Positions 10,386 through 20,576 are shown, counted from the first letter of the stretch. The stretch: 64,000 nt of DNA from a bacterium (GCA_963681965.1 OY820579.1:1-64000), one strand, 5' to 3'. Translations and numbers: made by a program. The notes: generated by a model not told the origin, from the letters alone.

Positions 10386-10513
10386 AAGCACCTCCCTCAA
10401 AGATCGAATAGCGAAAGGAAATAACCGGTTATTATAAAATATTCACAAACAAGATCTATTTGCAATCGATATTCACCAAAAACAAAAAAATATTACAAGG
10501 GAAAAGAAGGTTT

Positions 10514-11347
10514 CGCAGGCTCGGAGAATTTCGCCACCGACAGTATGGGTGGTGGGTAGTAGGTAGTGGGGGTTGGGGAAAGATTAAAAATGATAAAAAA
10601 CAACGGGAGGCCGCGGAGGGCCTCCCCTACTGCATGATACAGGATACAAGAAAAAAAATGATACAAGAAGTGGTCAGAACAAGTTCTGACCTACGGAAAA
10701 GAAGTGAATTCGTGCACTTCGAAGAGGTAAAAGATATGGGCGGATGCGGGGGTCAGCCCCTACTTCAAGATACAGGATACAAGAAAAAAAATGATACAAG
10801 AAGTGGTCAGAACAAGTTCTGACGTACGGAAAAGAAGTGTATTCGTGCACTTCGAAGAGGTAAAAGATATGGGCGGATGCGGGGATCCGCCCCTACTTAA
10901 CAGAATGGGTGATGGGTAGTAGGTAGTGGGGGTTGGGAAAAGATAAAAAAAGAACTGGCGGATGCGGGGATCCGCCCCTACTTCAAGATACAGGATACAA
11001 GAAAAAAAATGATACAAGAAGTGGTCAGAACAAGTTCTGACCTACGGAAAAGAAGTGTATTCGTGCACTTCGAAGAGGTAAAAGATATGGGCGGATGCGG
11101 GGGTCAGCCCCTACTGCAGGATACAGGATACAAGAAAAAAAATGATGCAAGAAGTGGTCAGAACAAGTTATTCCATCGGAATTGATGATTTTCGCAGGCT
11201 CGGAGGCCTGCGCCACCAACAGAATGGGTGATGGGTAGTTGGTGGTGGGGGTTGGGGAAAAAAGATAAAAATACGGGCGGACACGGGGGTCCGCCCCTAC
11301 TGCAGGATAGAAGACACAAGAGGTGTCGGAATAAATTCCGACCCACC
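10514..11347. repeat. Large REP mosaic array including four 133-bp-type units and G-rich heptamer spacers
   Basis: GTGGTCAGAACAAG at 10670, 10803, 11021, 11154; additional CGCAGGCTCGGAGGCCTGCGCCACC and GTCGGAATAAATTCCGACCCAC palindromes. Confidence 0.92.
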
Positions 11348-11369
11348 AATTTTAAATAGTAATACAAAA

Positions 11370-13628
11370 TTACATCTTCACATTCAGACCGATCCAGAAG
11401 TTTCGTGGCGCTCCCGGGTAGTACCAATTGTAGGTGGCAATACCGGTCGCAGTCGGTGCTTCCGAGAAACCGCCACCGGCGGCATACTTCCGGTCGAAAA
11501 GATTTTCGACGCGGGTATCGAGTTGCACCGTTACCCCTTCGATTTCAGGCAGCGTATACCGCAAACCGATGTCAGCAACCCCATACGGCGGGAGTACTTT
11601 ATCCGATTCATTCCGGTTGTTCAGCACAATCTTACCGACATACCGCCCCGTGAACCAGGTCTCCAATTTCTGGTAGCGATACTCAAGTGTTCCCGACGCA
11701 AGCAGACTCGGGATATTCGGCACATCATTGCCATCCAATTGGGTCGCTTTCGATCCGATCGGATTGTCGAGCGAATCGACCAGCGGATCGGTCACGGTGT
11801 AGTCGGAGAATTTCGCCAGTTCATATGACAACGAACCGTGCAGCCCGAACCCAGCCAGTAACGGAAGCCCCCCTTCCAATTCGACACCGGTCTGATAGGA
11901 TGCTTTCGCATTGCCCTGCACGAATTCGCCATTGGAATTCATCCCGCCAATCGGAATAATTTCGTTGCGAAACAGATTGTAGAACATCGCGGCATCGTAA
12001 TGCCAACCGTCATTCGATTGATGCCTGAAACCGGCTTCGAACGAAGTCAGTTCCTCCGGTTTGGCATAGGGATCTTCCCATGAATTCCCGTTCTGCGTCC
12101 GGAAATTCGGTTTCGAATCGGACAGACCGTCACTCGGTTCGAAGAGTTGCGATTGCGACGGTTCGCGAGCGCTCTGCGCAATACTGAAGCGACCGAGACC
12201 GGCAGCACCGAAATCGTACACCATACCGACGCGCGGTAAAATGAATGTCCATGAAGCCGTAGTGCTGTAGCCCGGAAATTCAGTGGAATTTGCACCGACT
12301 TGCTGATGGATGATATAATCGATTTTGCGTACCGACAGCGCAGCGGATAGCAGCAATCTGGGTGAGGTGTGATATTGAACGCTGCCGGCGAATCCCAGAT
12401 ATTCTTTAGTACTGGTCCAGCGATAATATTCCGGCTGCGGCAATTGTCCCGTCGGTGCGACCGACGACCAATTCACGACGCCCCAGTGATTCGCGTTGTT
12501 ACTCCGGATTTCCACCGCACCGGTGAAATCGCCCCAGGGCTGCGACCAGACGATTCGCGGCAACCATCCGACCTGCGACATCGCCACCCACTTCTGACGC
12601 ACGATATCGCCACGACCGCCGATATTGCCGATGCCATAGCGCGCAAGCTTCGTGTCGGGTTTCCACTGCACGTACGACCCTTTGCCCGACGAGACATAGA
12701 AGGTGTGATCGTATTTCAAATCGGGATCGAGGGTACGTTCGGTCTGCCACTGAAAGTGCGGTTGCCAGAAATCGTCCGACTGTTTAACCGGACCGGAAAG
12801 ATCGTTGTATTTCGAACCGTCGTCGATTTCCGCGAGTGAAATACCGTCGTACGCGAGACCGAGATTCTCTTTTCCGAGGATCACATTGAAGCGATCGGTG
12901 GCAGTTTTTTCCGTGCGTGATGCGCTCAGATAGCCGCTCCAGAGATCGGTCCAACTGTCGTCGCGATAGCCGTTGCTGGTCAGCTTCGAGTATCTGCCGG
13001 TAAATATCCATTTATTGTTTACCAGACCGCTGGCAAATTGAAAGCTGGTGCGTCGCGTCTGCCACGACCCGAAGCCGAATTCACCGCGGATCCCCGGTTC
13101 GGCATCGTGCAGTGTCGTCAGATTGACGGCACCGCCGAACGGCGACATTCCGAGCAGACTGGCGCCGCTGCCGCGTTGCACCTGAATATCTTCCGCCGAT
13201 GCGGCGACGTCGGGTAGATCGACCCAATAGACCATGTGCGATTCGGGATCGTTCAACGGCATGCCGTTCACCATCACGGCGACTTTCGATTGATCGAATC
13301 CGCGAATCCGGAGATAGGAATAACCGAGACCGCTGCCGGCTTCGGAATAACTGTAGATCCCCGGCACGGTATTCAGCACCATCGGCAAATCGGTGGCGCT
13401 ATTTCGTCGGGAAATTTCATTCGCCGAGAGATTGGTGAAGGTGACCGGCGAGCGGTCGGTGGCGCGTCCCGCTTCGACAGTGATCGGTTTCCGCAGCACA
13501 TGTTTGATGCCGGTGGAATCGTCGGCGGGTGGTGGTGCGGCAAGCGAGGTGAATTGGAACGATAGAAACAGTAGTGCGGTAATCGGTAAAGCGCTGCGCG
13601 AATGGCGCGGGAATAGTAAACGAATCAT
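11370..13628 (-). CDS. TonB-dependent receptor, probable thiamine(-precursor) transporter
   Basis: Plug motifs GYSYLRIRG, NGMPLNDPESH..YWVD, IQVQRGSG; barrel end ENLFDRKY...PRNFWIGLNVKM; upstream TPP riboswitch. Confidence 0.9.
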   Translation of the reverse strand: MIRLLFPRHSRSALPITALLFLSFQFTSLAAPPPADDSTGIKHVLRKPITVEAGRATDRSPVTFTNLSANEISRRNSATDLPMVLNTVPGIYSYSEAGSGLGYSYLRIRGFDQSKVAVMVNGMPLNDPESHMVYWVDLPDVAASAEDIQVQRGSGASLLGMSPFGGAVNLTTLHDAEPGIRGEFGFGSWQTRRTSFQFASGLVNNKWIFTGRYSKLTSNGYRDDSWTDLWSGYLSASRTEKTATDRFNVILGKENLGLAYDGISLAEIDDGSKYNDLSGPVKQSDDFWQPHFQWQTERTLDPDLKYDHTFYVSSGKGSYVQWKPDTKLARYGIGNIGGRGDIVRQKWVAMSQVGWLPRIVWSQPWGDFTGAVEIRSNNANHWGVVNWSSVAPTGQLPQPEYYRWTSTKEYLGFAGSVQYHTSPRLLLSAALSVRKIDYIIHQQVGANSTEFPGYSTTASWTFILPRVGMVYDFGAAGLGRFSIAQSAREPSQSQLFEPSDGLSDSKPNFRTQNGNSWEDPYAKPEELTSFEAGFRHQSNDGWHYDAAMFYNLFRNEIIPIGGMNSNGEFVQGNAKASYQTGVELEGGLPLLAGFGLHGSLSYELAKFSDYTVTDPLVDSLDNPIGSKATQLDGNDVPNIPSLLASGTLEYRYQKLETWFTGRYVGKIVLNNRNESDKVLPPYGVADIGLRYTLPEIEGVTVQLDTRVENLFDRKYAAGGGFSEAPTATGIATYNWYYPGAPRNFWIGLNVKM

Positions 13629-13739
13629 GTTGGACCTCTTCGAATCGAACTTACTCGAGGTCCCCGGAATCGAAACGCCCCATGCTTGGCACGGGGCGTA
13701 GGAATGAGCGGATTACTGCTGAAAATTTCGAACCGCTGA

Positions 13740-13820
13740 GTTCTCTTCCTACGCCGGTATAAACCGGATCAGGTTCCGAGGGTATAATCTCAGATTCCGA
13801 ATGGAATCACCCCTGAGTGC
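13740..13820 (-). ncRNA. TPP riboswitch
   Basis: Minus strand AGGGGTG...CTGAGATTATACCC...AACCTGATCCGGTTTATACCGGCGTAGGAA matches the conserved TPP aptamer core. Confidence 0.95.
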
Positions 13821-13913
13821 TGCGAAAAAGATAATGCGATTGCGCGGGAAATGCAATTGCACCGGTCTTTTGGTTGTTCTTGCCGGTTTTACGAATTGCA
13901 TTTTTGATAGACC

Positions 13914-16085
13914 CTAGCGCAGCAGAACGATTTTTTGGGTCTGGGTATCGGTTCCTGCGTGGATGCGCATGAAGTATGTGCCCGACGCAAGCTTGCTGCC
14001 ATCGAACGAGACTCGATAGCTGCCGCTGTGCTGCGATTCATCGACCAGCGTCTGCACTTCGCGACCGAGTAGATCGAAGAGCTTTAATTCTATTTTGCCG
14101 GTCTTCGGAATGGTGTAGGAGATCGTGGTCGAGGAGTTGAAGGGGTTGGGGAAATTCTGGGATAAAGTGATTTGCGAGGGAATTGCATAACTCTGTTGTT
14201 CCAACACAAACGTACCACCGCCATCAGAAGTGTGTAAAATCGTTCCACCCGCACCACTGATCCAGCAATGGTTGCGATCGACTGCGGTAACACTGTATAA
14301 ATTTTGCGTGGTCCCGCTGATTTGTTCGATCCAATTCGTTCCGCCATTGATTGTATGAAATATGGAGCCACCCCCACCGACTGCCCAACCGTTATTGATA
14401 TCGGCGAAAGCAATACTGTAAAGATATGCAAATGAGGAAGAATCTTGATCATGCCAGCTCAGACCACCATCGGAAGTATGCGTGATTAATCCGTGATAGT
14501 TTTGATCATATCCGACTGCCCACCCATTCAGACTGTCCAGAAAAGTCAAATCGAATAAATGTCTAGCGGACGCGATTGTATCGTACTGCCAGCGATCGCC
14601 ACTCGAAGTCGTTCGGCAAATGTAGCAATTGTTGGAATTAACTGCCGCCCACCCTTTGTTATGATCGATAAAAAATAGATCCTGAATATTTCCGGATGGT
14701 CCCACGCACGTATTCCAATTTGTACCGTGATCGGTAGTACGACACAAGCCTACGCCTGCTACCCAGCCGTAATTTACATCAGTAAAGTATACACCAGTCA
14801 TCATCGATTGAGGGAAGAATTGCGAGTACTGCATCCGTACCCAGTTTACACCGCCATTGGTCGTCTGCAAGACTGTACCCGAATCACCCACAGCCCAACT
14901 GTGAAGGGAATCGACTACACTCAATTTTCGTAGCGTGGCAGTGGTTCCACTTGATTGATTAACCCAACTGTTGCCGCCATCAGTAGTACGATTGATCGTT
15001 CCTTCTTTGCCAACCGCCCACCCATTCATGCAATCGCCCAATTGGATGTTATAAAAGGTATTATTTGTCCCGCGCGATAAAGTGGACCAAGTGCTGCCAC
15101 CGTTCGTCGACTTCAACATGAATCCAGATGAACCGACAACATATCCGGTATTCGGTGTGGGAAATGTCGCGGAGAATAGTGTGAGATCGGCATCGTAGTA
15201 TTGCACTGTCCACTCATAACCGCTGTCGGTAGTGTGCAAGAGCGTCTTTTCGCCAACCGCCCACCCCTCGGAAGAATTCCGGAACCAGACCTTTGCTAGC
15301 GTTCCATTCGCGGGGCAATCCTGTTCAATCCAAGTCACACCACCATTTGAGGTCGCAAGTATCAGACCAAATCCAGTGTAAGCATCTAAGCCGACGATCC
15401 ACCCATTCAGACTGTCGGAAAACGTTACGCTATAGAGATTCCAATTGGCATGAGATAATTGAGCCGTCCAGTTAACTCCACCATTGGTAGTGTGAATGAC
15501 ATCGCCGTTATCGGATACCGCCCAGCCTCGATTTCGATCGAGAAATGTGACGCTTAACAGACGATTCGCAACCGGACAAGACTGTTCCACCCAAGATGCA
15601 CCCCCGTTTGAAGTGTGCAATATTTTTCCGAGTACTAATGACCGACCACCGACCAACCAACCATTCAAACTATCGATAAAAGTTACATTTCTTAGAGAGA
15701 CTAATAGCGTGTCGGTAACAATATCCCAATGGTTACCCCCGCTGGTAGTATGCGATAAATGTCCAGAATTTTCGATAATCCAACCCTTACTGGGAGTAGT
15801 GAAGCAAACGTAGAAATGGGATGTCGTTCTACCAGTGTCCTGACGAACCCATGACGATCCTCCATCGGTCGAATGTAAAATTGTTCCGTTCGTACCGACG
15901 ACCCAACCAATCGAATCATTGACGAACGCGACATCATTCAAATCGTTTCCCTGCGGTAACGGATTCTGCCACTCCCAGCCATCAGCGAAGGTAAGTAGTG
16001 GAAGCGCAAAAAGGATTGGTAACAGGATGCGATAGATTTTGTGGATCGACACTGCAACTCCGACAGCGTTGTGCAAGTAAGACAT
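13914..16085 (-). CDS. YCF48/BNR-repeat secreted protein with T9SS-type C-terminal domain
   Basis: WEWQNPLPQGNDL, ~14 F.D...GW.VG...I.HT..GG..W repeats, QNFPNPFN CTD. Start moved to MSYLH because the ORF-track extension is translated repeat DNA. Confidence 0.88.
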   Translation of the reverse strand: MSYLHNAVGVAVSIHKIYRILLPILFALPLLTFADGWEWQNPLPQGNDLNDVAFVNDSIGWVVGTNGTILHSTDGGSSWVRQDTGRTTSHFYVCFTTPSKGWIIENSGHLSHTTSGGNHWDIVTDTLLVSLRNVTFIDSLNGWLVGGRSLVLGKILHTSNGGASWVEQSCPVANRLLSVTFLDRNRGWAVSDNGDVIHTTNGGVNWTAQLSHANWNLYSVTFSDSLNGWIVGLDAYTGFGLILATSNGGVTWIEQDCPANGTLAKVWFRNSSEGWAVGEKTLLHTTDSGYEWTVQYYDADLTLFSATFPTPNTGYVVGSSGFMLKSTNGGSTWSTLSRGTNNTFYNIQLGDCMNGWAVGKEGTINRTTDGGNSWVNQSSGTTATLRKLSVVDSLHSWAVGDSGTVLQTTNGGVNWVRMQYSQFFPQSMMTGVYFTDVNYGWVAGVGLCRTTDHGTNWNTCVGPSGNIQDLFFIDHNKGWAAVNSNNCYICRTTSSGDRWQYDTIASARHLFDLTFLDSLNGWAVGYDQNYHGLITHTSDGGLSWHDQDSSSFAYLYSIAFADINNGWAVGGGGSIFHTINGGTNWIEQISGTTQNLYSVTAVDRNHCWISGAGGTILHTSDGGGTFVLEQQSYAIPSQITLSQNFPNPFNSSTTISYTIPKTGKIELKLFDLLGREVQTLVDESQHSGSYRVSFDGSKLASGTYFMRIHAGTDTQTQKIVLLR

Positions 16086-16218
16086 ATTTGATTTATCGAC
16101 AATATAGGAATTGGAAAGATCGAAATTCAGTAAGATTTGGGGAATTTGGAAAATTTTAGGGTGGTGGAAGGTGCTTGGTAAAAGAAAGAAGTACCGAAGG
16201 ATAGAGGATAAAAGATGA

Positions 16219-16488
16219 GTCGGAATAAATTCCGACCTACTGAAAAGAAAAGGATCGCAGGCTCGGAGGCCTGCGCCACCAAAAGGATGGGGGGTAGGTA
16301 GTGGGTGGTAGGTGGTGGGAAAAGATATAAAAAGATACAAGAACGCAGGCTCGGAGGCCTGCGCCACCAAAAGGATGGGTGTTGGGTGGTGGGTGTTGGG
16401 AAAAGATATAAAAAGATACAAGAACGCAGGCTCGGAGGCCTGCGCCACCGACAAGACGGGTGGTCGGAGATGGGTGGTGGGTGATGGG
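16219..16488. repeat. REP array (three CGCAGGCTCGGAGGCCTGCGCCACC copies) with G-rich heptamer spacers
   Basis: Copies start 16256, 16344, 16425 (periods 88 and 81, differing by one 7-mer); GTCGGAATAAATTCCGACCTAC at 16219. Confidence 0.9.
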
Positions 16489-16573
16489 ATAACAGATTGT
16501 TAGTCGATACTGTTGACTTAATGTCTAATATTATAATGATTTAATGAGATATCCTCTCATGTGAGCCATGCTC

Positions 16574-16602
16574 TTGACATCGCCCCCCCCACTCATTATC
16601 TT
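16574..16602 (+). promoter_or_regulatory. Sigma70-type promoter for the XRE-cupin gene
   Basis: TTGACA-N17-TATCTT. Confidence 0.65.
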
Positions 16603-16731
16603 AAGCACAGTTAATCGAACTTGGCGTTTGATAAAGTAGTCTTACCACAAGTCAGATTTCCAACAAACACCCATTCCTTCCGTATGACGGGAAGAGGGTG
16701 TTTTGCATAAAGAAACGATTCGAGGCGCACC

Positions 16732-17283
16732 GTGGCGGACATCAAAGTCGACATCGGAGAACGGATCAAAGATCTCCGGCAAGCGGCTGAACTAACGCAG
16801 GAAGAGCTGGCAGAACGCGCGGAATTATCCAAGGGCTTCATCAGCCAGGTGGAACGCGGACTGACCAATCTCTCGATCGAAAATCTGGTTGCGATCCTTT
16901 CGGCATTGGATATGACCCTGCCGGAATTCTTTTCGACACCGGTTCAGGAAAAAGTCGTCTATAATGAAGAGGACGTAACCGAAGTCGACCGCGACGGTCA
17001 GCACCCGTTTCGATTGCTGGTGCCGGGTGCGGCGAATCGGTCGATGGAACCGGCGATGATGACGCTGGCAGCGGGGGAAGTAACCGAACCGGAACGACCG
17101 TATAACGGCGACGAATTCGGTTATCTGCTGGAAGGGCGACTGAAAATACACTACGGCGGCGTGACGTATTTACTGAGCGCCAACGAATGGTTCTTTTATT
17201 CGGCGAAACACAAGCACTTTTTCGAAAACCCCGGTCCGGGAATCGCGAAGTTGCTCTGGCTGACCAGTCCACCGAATTTCTGA
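16732..17283 (+). CDS. XRE-family HTH plus cupin transcriptional regulator (PuuR-like)
   Basis: IGERIKDLR...LTQEELAERAELSKGFISQVERG HTH; C-terminal cupin G.EFGYLLEG...H.F.N; adjacent to polyamine genes. Confidence 0.9.
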   Translation: MADIKVDIGERIKDLRQAAELTQEELAERAELSKGFISQVERGLTNLSIENLVAILSALDMTLPEFFSTPVQEKVVYNEEDVTEVDRDGQHPFRLLVPGAANRSMEPAMMTLAAGEVTEPERPYNGDEFGYLLEGRLKIHYGGVTYLLSANEWFFYSAKHKHFFENPGPGIAKLLWLTSPPNF

Positions 17284-17376
17284 TCCATAACAACTTTTAC
17301 GAAGCTTTTTTGGCTGAATTTGCTCTTAGACAGTGGTGGGATTTCATTTTTCCCGAGTTTAGTAAATTGTGCCTAG

Positions 17377-17393
17377 TTGGCAAGCTATTTGCA
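17377..17393 (+). promoter_or_regulatory. Candidate sigma54 promoter upstream of speD
   Basis: TTGGCAAGCTATTTGCA with exact GG-N10-GC spacing. Confidence 0.6.
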
Positions 17394-17484
17394 AGCTAAG
17401 GTTTGATATATTGAACAGGCAAGCAAGGTTTATTGCGTTTCAAGCCGACGGTTCAGTTGGGACCGGTCGGAGGGAGACCCGGTA

Positions 17485-17874
17485 ATGCGTGCACTCGGAC
17501 AGCAACTTTTAGTTGAAATGTACGGTTGTGATTCGGCGATTCTCAACGACGTCGATATGATTGAAGCACATATGTTGCAAGCGGCAGAAGCTGCCGGCGC
17601 AACGATTGTTTCGAAAACGTTTCATCATTTCAGTCCTCACGGCGTTTCGGGCGTCGTAGTGATTGCGGAATCGCATCTGGCGATTCACACTTGGCCGGAA
17701 TTCGGTTATGCCGCCGTCGATCTATTTACCTGCGGCGAAACGATTTTACCCGATCCTTGTTTCGAATATTTGAAGATAGCGCTGCACGCGAATACTTATT
17801 CGATTGCGGAACTGAAGCGCGGTATTCTTCACGATGTCAACAATTTCCACCATAAACCGGTAGCAGTAGCATGA
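17485..17874 (+). CDS. speD: S-adenosylmethionine decarboxylase proenzyme (class 1B)
   Basis: [34 protein letters not shown]; E-S self-cleavage site. Confidence 0.95.
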   Translation: MRALGQQLLVEMYGCDSAILNDVDMIEAHMLQAAEAAGATIVSKTFHHFSPHGVSGVVVIAESHLAIHTWPEFGYAAVDLFTCGETILPDPCFEYLKIALHANTYSIAELKRGILHDVNNFHHKPVAVA

Positions 17875-18347
17875 TCGAGACGTTGTTAACACAACCGACC
17901 AAATGGTTTATCGTCGCAGGCTTCGCCGAAGGGTGGACGGAACTGAATGCGTTCGACGGAGCACTGCTCAGCGCCGGTATCGGCGATGTGAATATCGTGA
18001 AAATGTCATCGATTCTACCGCCGCATTGCGAATTGATCGATCCGATCAAACTTCCGGGCGGAGCGTTGGTTCCTGCGGCATACGCGGCATATACCAGTAC
18101 CGAACCGGGCGAACGAATCGCGGCAGGCGTGGCAGTGGCGGTTCCAGTCGATCCGTCGTTGCCGGGTTTGATTATGGAGTATGAAGGACGCGGCACGAAA
18201 CAGGATATCGAAGAGCACGTCCGTGAGATGGCGCGACAAGGAATGTTGTCACGCGGTCGCGAATTGAAGGAAATCCGGTCGATTGCAGTGGAACACAAAG
18301 TCGAACACACCGGCGGGGTACTGGCGGCAGTAGTACTTTGGCGCTGA
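17871..18347 (+). CDS. pdaD: Pyruvoyl-dependent arginine decarboxylase
   Basis: [33 protein letters not shown]. Confidence 0.92.
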   Translation: MIETLLTQPTKWFIVAGFAEGWTELNAFDGALLSAGIGDVNIVKMSSILPPHCELIDPIKLPGGALVPAAYAAYTSTEPGERIAAGVAVAVPVDPSLPGLIMEYEGRGTKQDIEEHVREMARQGMLSRGRELKEIRSIAVEHKVEHTGGVLAAVVLWR

Positions 18348-18371
18348 TTTGTAAATAGATGAGAATTCGTT

Positions 18372-18401
18372 AAAAGATGCACAAATGTGCATCTTTTTTT
18401 T
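18372..18401 (+). terminator. Intrinsic terminator after pdaD
   Basis: AAAAGATGCACA-AA-TGTGCATCTTTTTTTT. Confidence 0.75.
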
Positions 18402-18520
18402 AATAATTGATTTGGATCACTTCCGATCCGATGGTTTCGATGTTATTTTACATTCTTGTTAGCATCCTCTACCCATGCACTGCTCCTTTCTCGCCAATTC
18501 ATTATCTATTAGGAGACATT

Positions 18521-19351
18521 ATGAAAAAACTTGTAACCGTGCTCGCACTCTCACTGTTGTTCGTTTCACTTTCGTTTGGTCAGTATCTCGCCCGCGACGG
18601 TATCTCAGCCGCCACCACCGCGGTTCATGCACTCTCTCCCGACGCTACGATGCGGATGATCGTCAATCTTCAATCGCCGGTCACTGCTGCAGGTCGATGC
18701 GGCGGATGGATGTACCATTTTTGCTCGCCGACCACCCACAATTGGTATTCGGCGATGTATGTCGGGACTTCTCAAGCATTCCCCGGCGGAATCAATGACA
18801 GCGTATATGTCGCTTTGCCGGCAACATTTGTCGACAGCGACGTCGCCATGGCAACTGCCGAATCCAATGGTGGTGCGGTATTCCGACAAAACAATCCGAC
18901 GGCGACGATCATGCTGATGGGTGCGACATTTGTGGAACAAAACGGCACCATTCCGGCTGGAACACCGCTCTGGATCGCAAATTACGGCAGCAACAACAAC
19001 CAATTCGCAGCAGTGATGTACATGTCGAATGGCAATCTGATTGTCGCAACCGATGTCAATGAGCACCAGTATGCATTGCTTCCCGGAACAGTCGAACTGA
19101 AGAATAATTACCCGAATCCGTTCAACTCGCAGACGACACTGCAATACTCGCTGCCGACCTCCGGCAATGTATCGCTGTCGATATTCGATGCCAGCGGTCG
19201 TGAAATTGCATCGATGAATCAGGGAAATCAAACGGCAGGCGATCACTCAGTATCGTTCAAGGCTGATGCGGCTATGCCGTCCGGTCAATACTTCGTGCGG
19301 TTGCAATCGGGCAAAGCCGTTCGGACGATGCCGATGATGTATCTGAAATAG
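18521..19351 (+). CDS. Secreted protein with T9SS-type C-terminal domain (paralog 1)
   Basis: AGGAG RBS, signal peptide ending SFG-Q, NNYPNPFNSQT CTD. Confidence 0.85.
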   Translation: MKKLVTVLALSLLFVSLSFGQYLARDGISAATTAVHALSPDATMRMIVNLQSPVTAAGRCGGWMYHFCSPTTHNWYSAMYVGTSQAFPGGINDSVYVALPATFVDSDVAMATAESNGGAVFRQNNPTATIMLMGATFVEQNGTIPAGTPLWIANYGSNNNQFAAVMYMSNGNLIVATDVNEHQYALLPGTVELKNNYPNPFNSQTTLQYSLPTSGNVSLSIFDASGREIASMNQGNQTAGDHSVSFKADAAMPSGQYFVRLQSGKAVRTMPMMYLK

Positions 19352-19386
19352 TAATTGAAAATTTAATCACCTAAAATGTGATAGGA

Positions 19387-19418
19387 ATAGAGACGGGTTT
19401 TCCGTCTCTATTTTTTTT
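19387..19418 (+). terminator. Intrinsic terminator
   Basis: AATAGAGACGG-GTTTT-CCGTCTCTATTTTTTTT. Confidence 0.75.
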
Positions 19419-19595
19419 ATTCAATCGCCGTTAACGCATGTTTGAAGCGATCTCCAGCCTACTTACCACGAATCGTAAGCTACATCACTTGTGAATTATT
19501 TTACATCCAAAGGTACAGTTTACAATCGCATCGCAATCGTTTATCTTGAGTTCTCGATTTAGTCAGAAATTTATTATCGAATTACAGGAGGAATA

Positions 19596-20435
19596 GTGAA
19601 ACGATTTGTGATAGTTCTAGTGGCTGCGATGTTATTGATTGCGAATTCATATGCACAATTGCTGGCGCGCGACGGTGTCGACCGTGCCCGCAATGCTTGT
19701 CGCGTTTACGCCAACGACGTGGTTTTACGAATGATCGCGAGTGCCGATTCGAACGTGACCACATCGGGTACGGAGACCGGGTGGGTTTACAGTTATTACT
19801 CGGCAACTCAAAATAGCTGGTATACAGCAGTCTATACTTCGGCAGGAGCACAGGCATTTCCCGGTGGCGCGAACGATCCCTCGTTGACCAACATCCCGTC
19901 AACGTTCAGCAACAGCGATGTCGCCGTTTCAACGGCAGAAGGCAATGGCGGTTCAGCGTTTCGCAACAGTCACACGGCAGTGAACTTGTCACTGGTCGGC
20001 GGTAGCTTTTCGAATCCATTGGTGTCAGCCGGCACTCCAGTTTGGATTGCGATCTATGCCGGAAATCGCGGATCAACCCGCGAGTCGATGGGTATTTTTG
20101 TCAATATGTCAACCGGTGCGTTGATTGGAATATTGGACGTGAATGAGCCGATTACAGCGCAACTACCCAGTTCCGTAGCGCTGAAACAGAATTATCCGAA
20201 TCCATTCAATTCGCAGACGACACTGCAATACTCGCTGCCGACGTCCGGTAACGTCGTGTTGTCGGTTATCGATGTGAACGGTCGTGAAGTTGCTACGATG
20301 AATCAGGGAAATCAAACGGCAGGCGATCATTCAGTATCGTTCAAGGCTGATGCGGTAATGCCGTCGGGACAGTATTTCGTGCGGTTGCAATCGGGTAAAG
20401 CCGTCCGGACGATGCCGATGATGTATTTGAAGTAA
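19596..20435 (+). CDS. Secreted protein with T9SS-type C-terminal domain (paralog 2)
   Basis: AGGAGG RBS, GTG start, signal peptide; homologous throughout to 18521..19351 with near-identical CTD. Confidence 0.87.
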   Translation: MKRFVIVLVAAMLLIANSYAQLLARDGVDRARNACRVYANDVVLRMIASADSNVTTSGTETGWVYSYYSATQNSWYTAVYTSAGAQAFPGGANDPSLTNIPSTFSNSDVAVSTAEGNGGSAFRNSHTAVNLSLVGGSFSNPLVSAGTPVWIAIYAGNRGSTRESMGIFVNMSTGALIGILDVNEPITAQLPSSVALKQNYPNPFNSQTTLQYSLPTSGNVVLSVIDVNGREVATMNQGNQTAGDHSVSFKADAVMPSGQYFVRLQSGKAVRTMPMMYLK

Positions 20436-20502
20436 GAGTCTGCAAGTACCGGATTTTCGATCAATCGACTGTTAGTCGGAAATTACGTATATTATTCGAA
20501 GT

Positions 20503-20532
20503 ATCGAGGCGGATCCTCCGCCTCGATTTTTT
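20503..20532 (+). terminator. Intrinsic terminator
   Basis: ATCGAGGCGGA-TCC-TCCGCCTCGATTTTT. Confidence 0.7.
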
Positions 20533-20576
20533 CTCCGTATATTTAGTGGTTGCTGAGGCAGACCGCGTGAGCGGAT

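Noticed and set aside
8646-11347. Possible CRISPR arrays
   Set aside because: Sequences between the palindromes are themselves repeated rather than unique spacers, the period is 133 bp, and there are no cas genes.
10460-11427. Short ORFs within the repeat array (10460..10822, 10760..11017, 11025..11219, 11158..11427)
   Set aside because: Low-complexity translations of repeats with no RBS or family motifs.
16086-16454. N-terminal extension of the 846-aa ORF
   Set aside because: It is translated REP array (VAQASEPA repeats) upstream of a normal signal peptide. Unlike the 22731..25724 case it is not flanked by conserved protein sequence.
19489-19506. Rex-like operator TTGTGAATTATTTTACAT (similar at 10431-10448 and 50881-50897)
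   Set aside because: Two or more mismatches in AT-rich DNA, upstream of genes with no evident redox role; not distinguishable from chance.
18521-20435. Diversity-generating retroelement TR/VR pair
   Set aside because: Differences between the duplicated CTDs are not adenine-specific, both copies are coding, and no reverse transcriptase is present.
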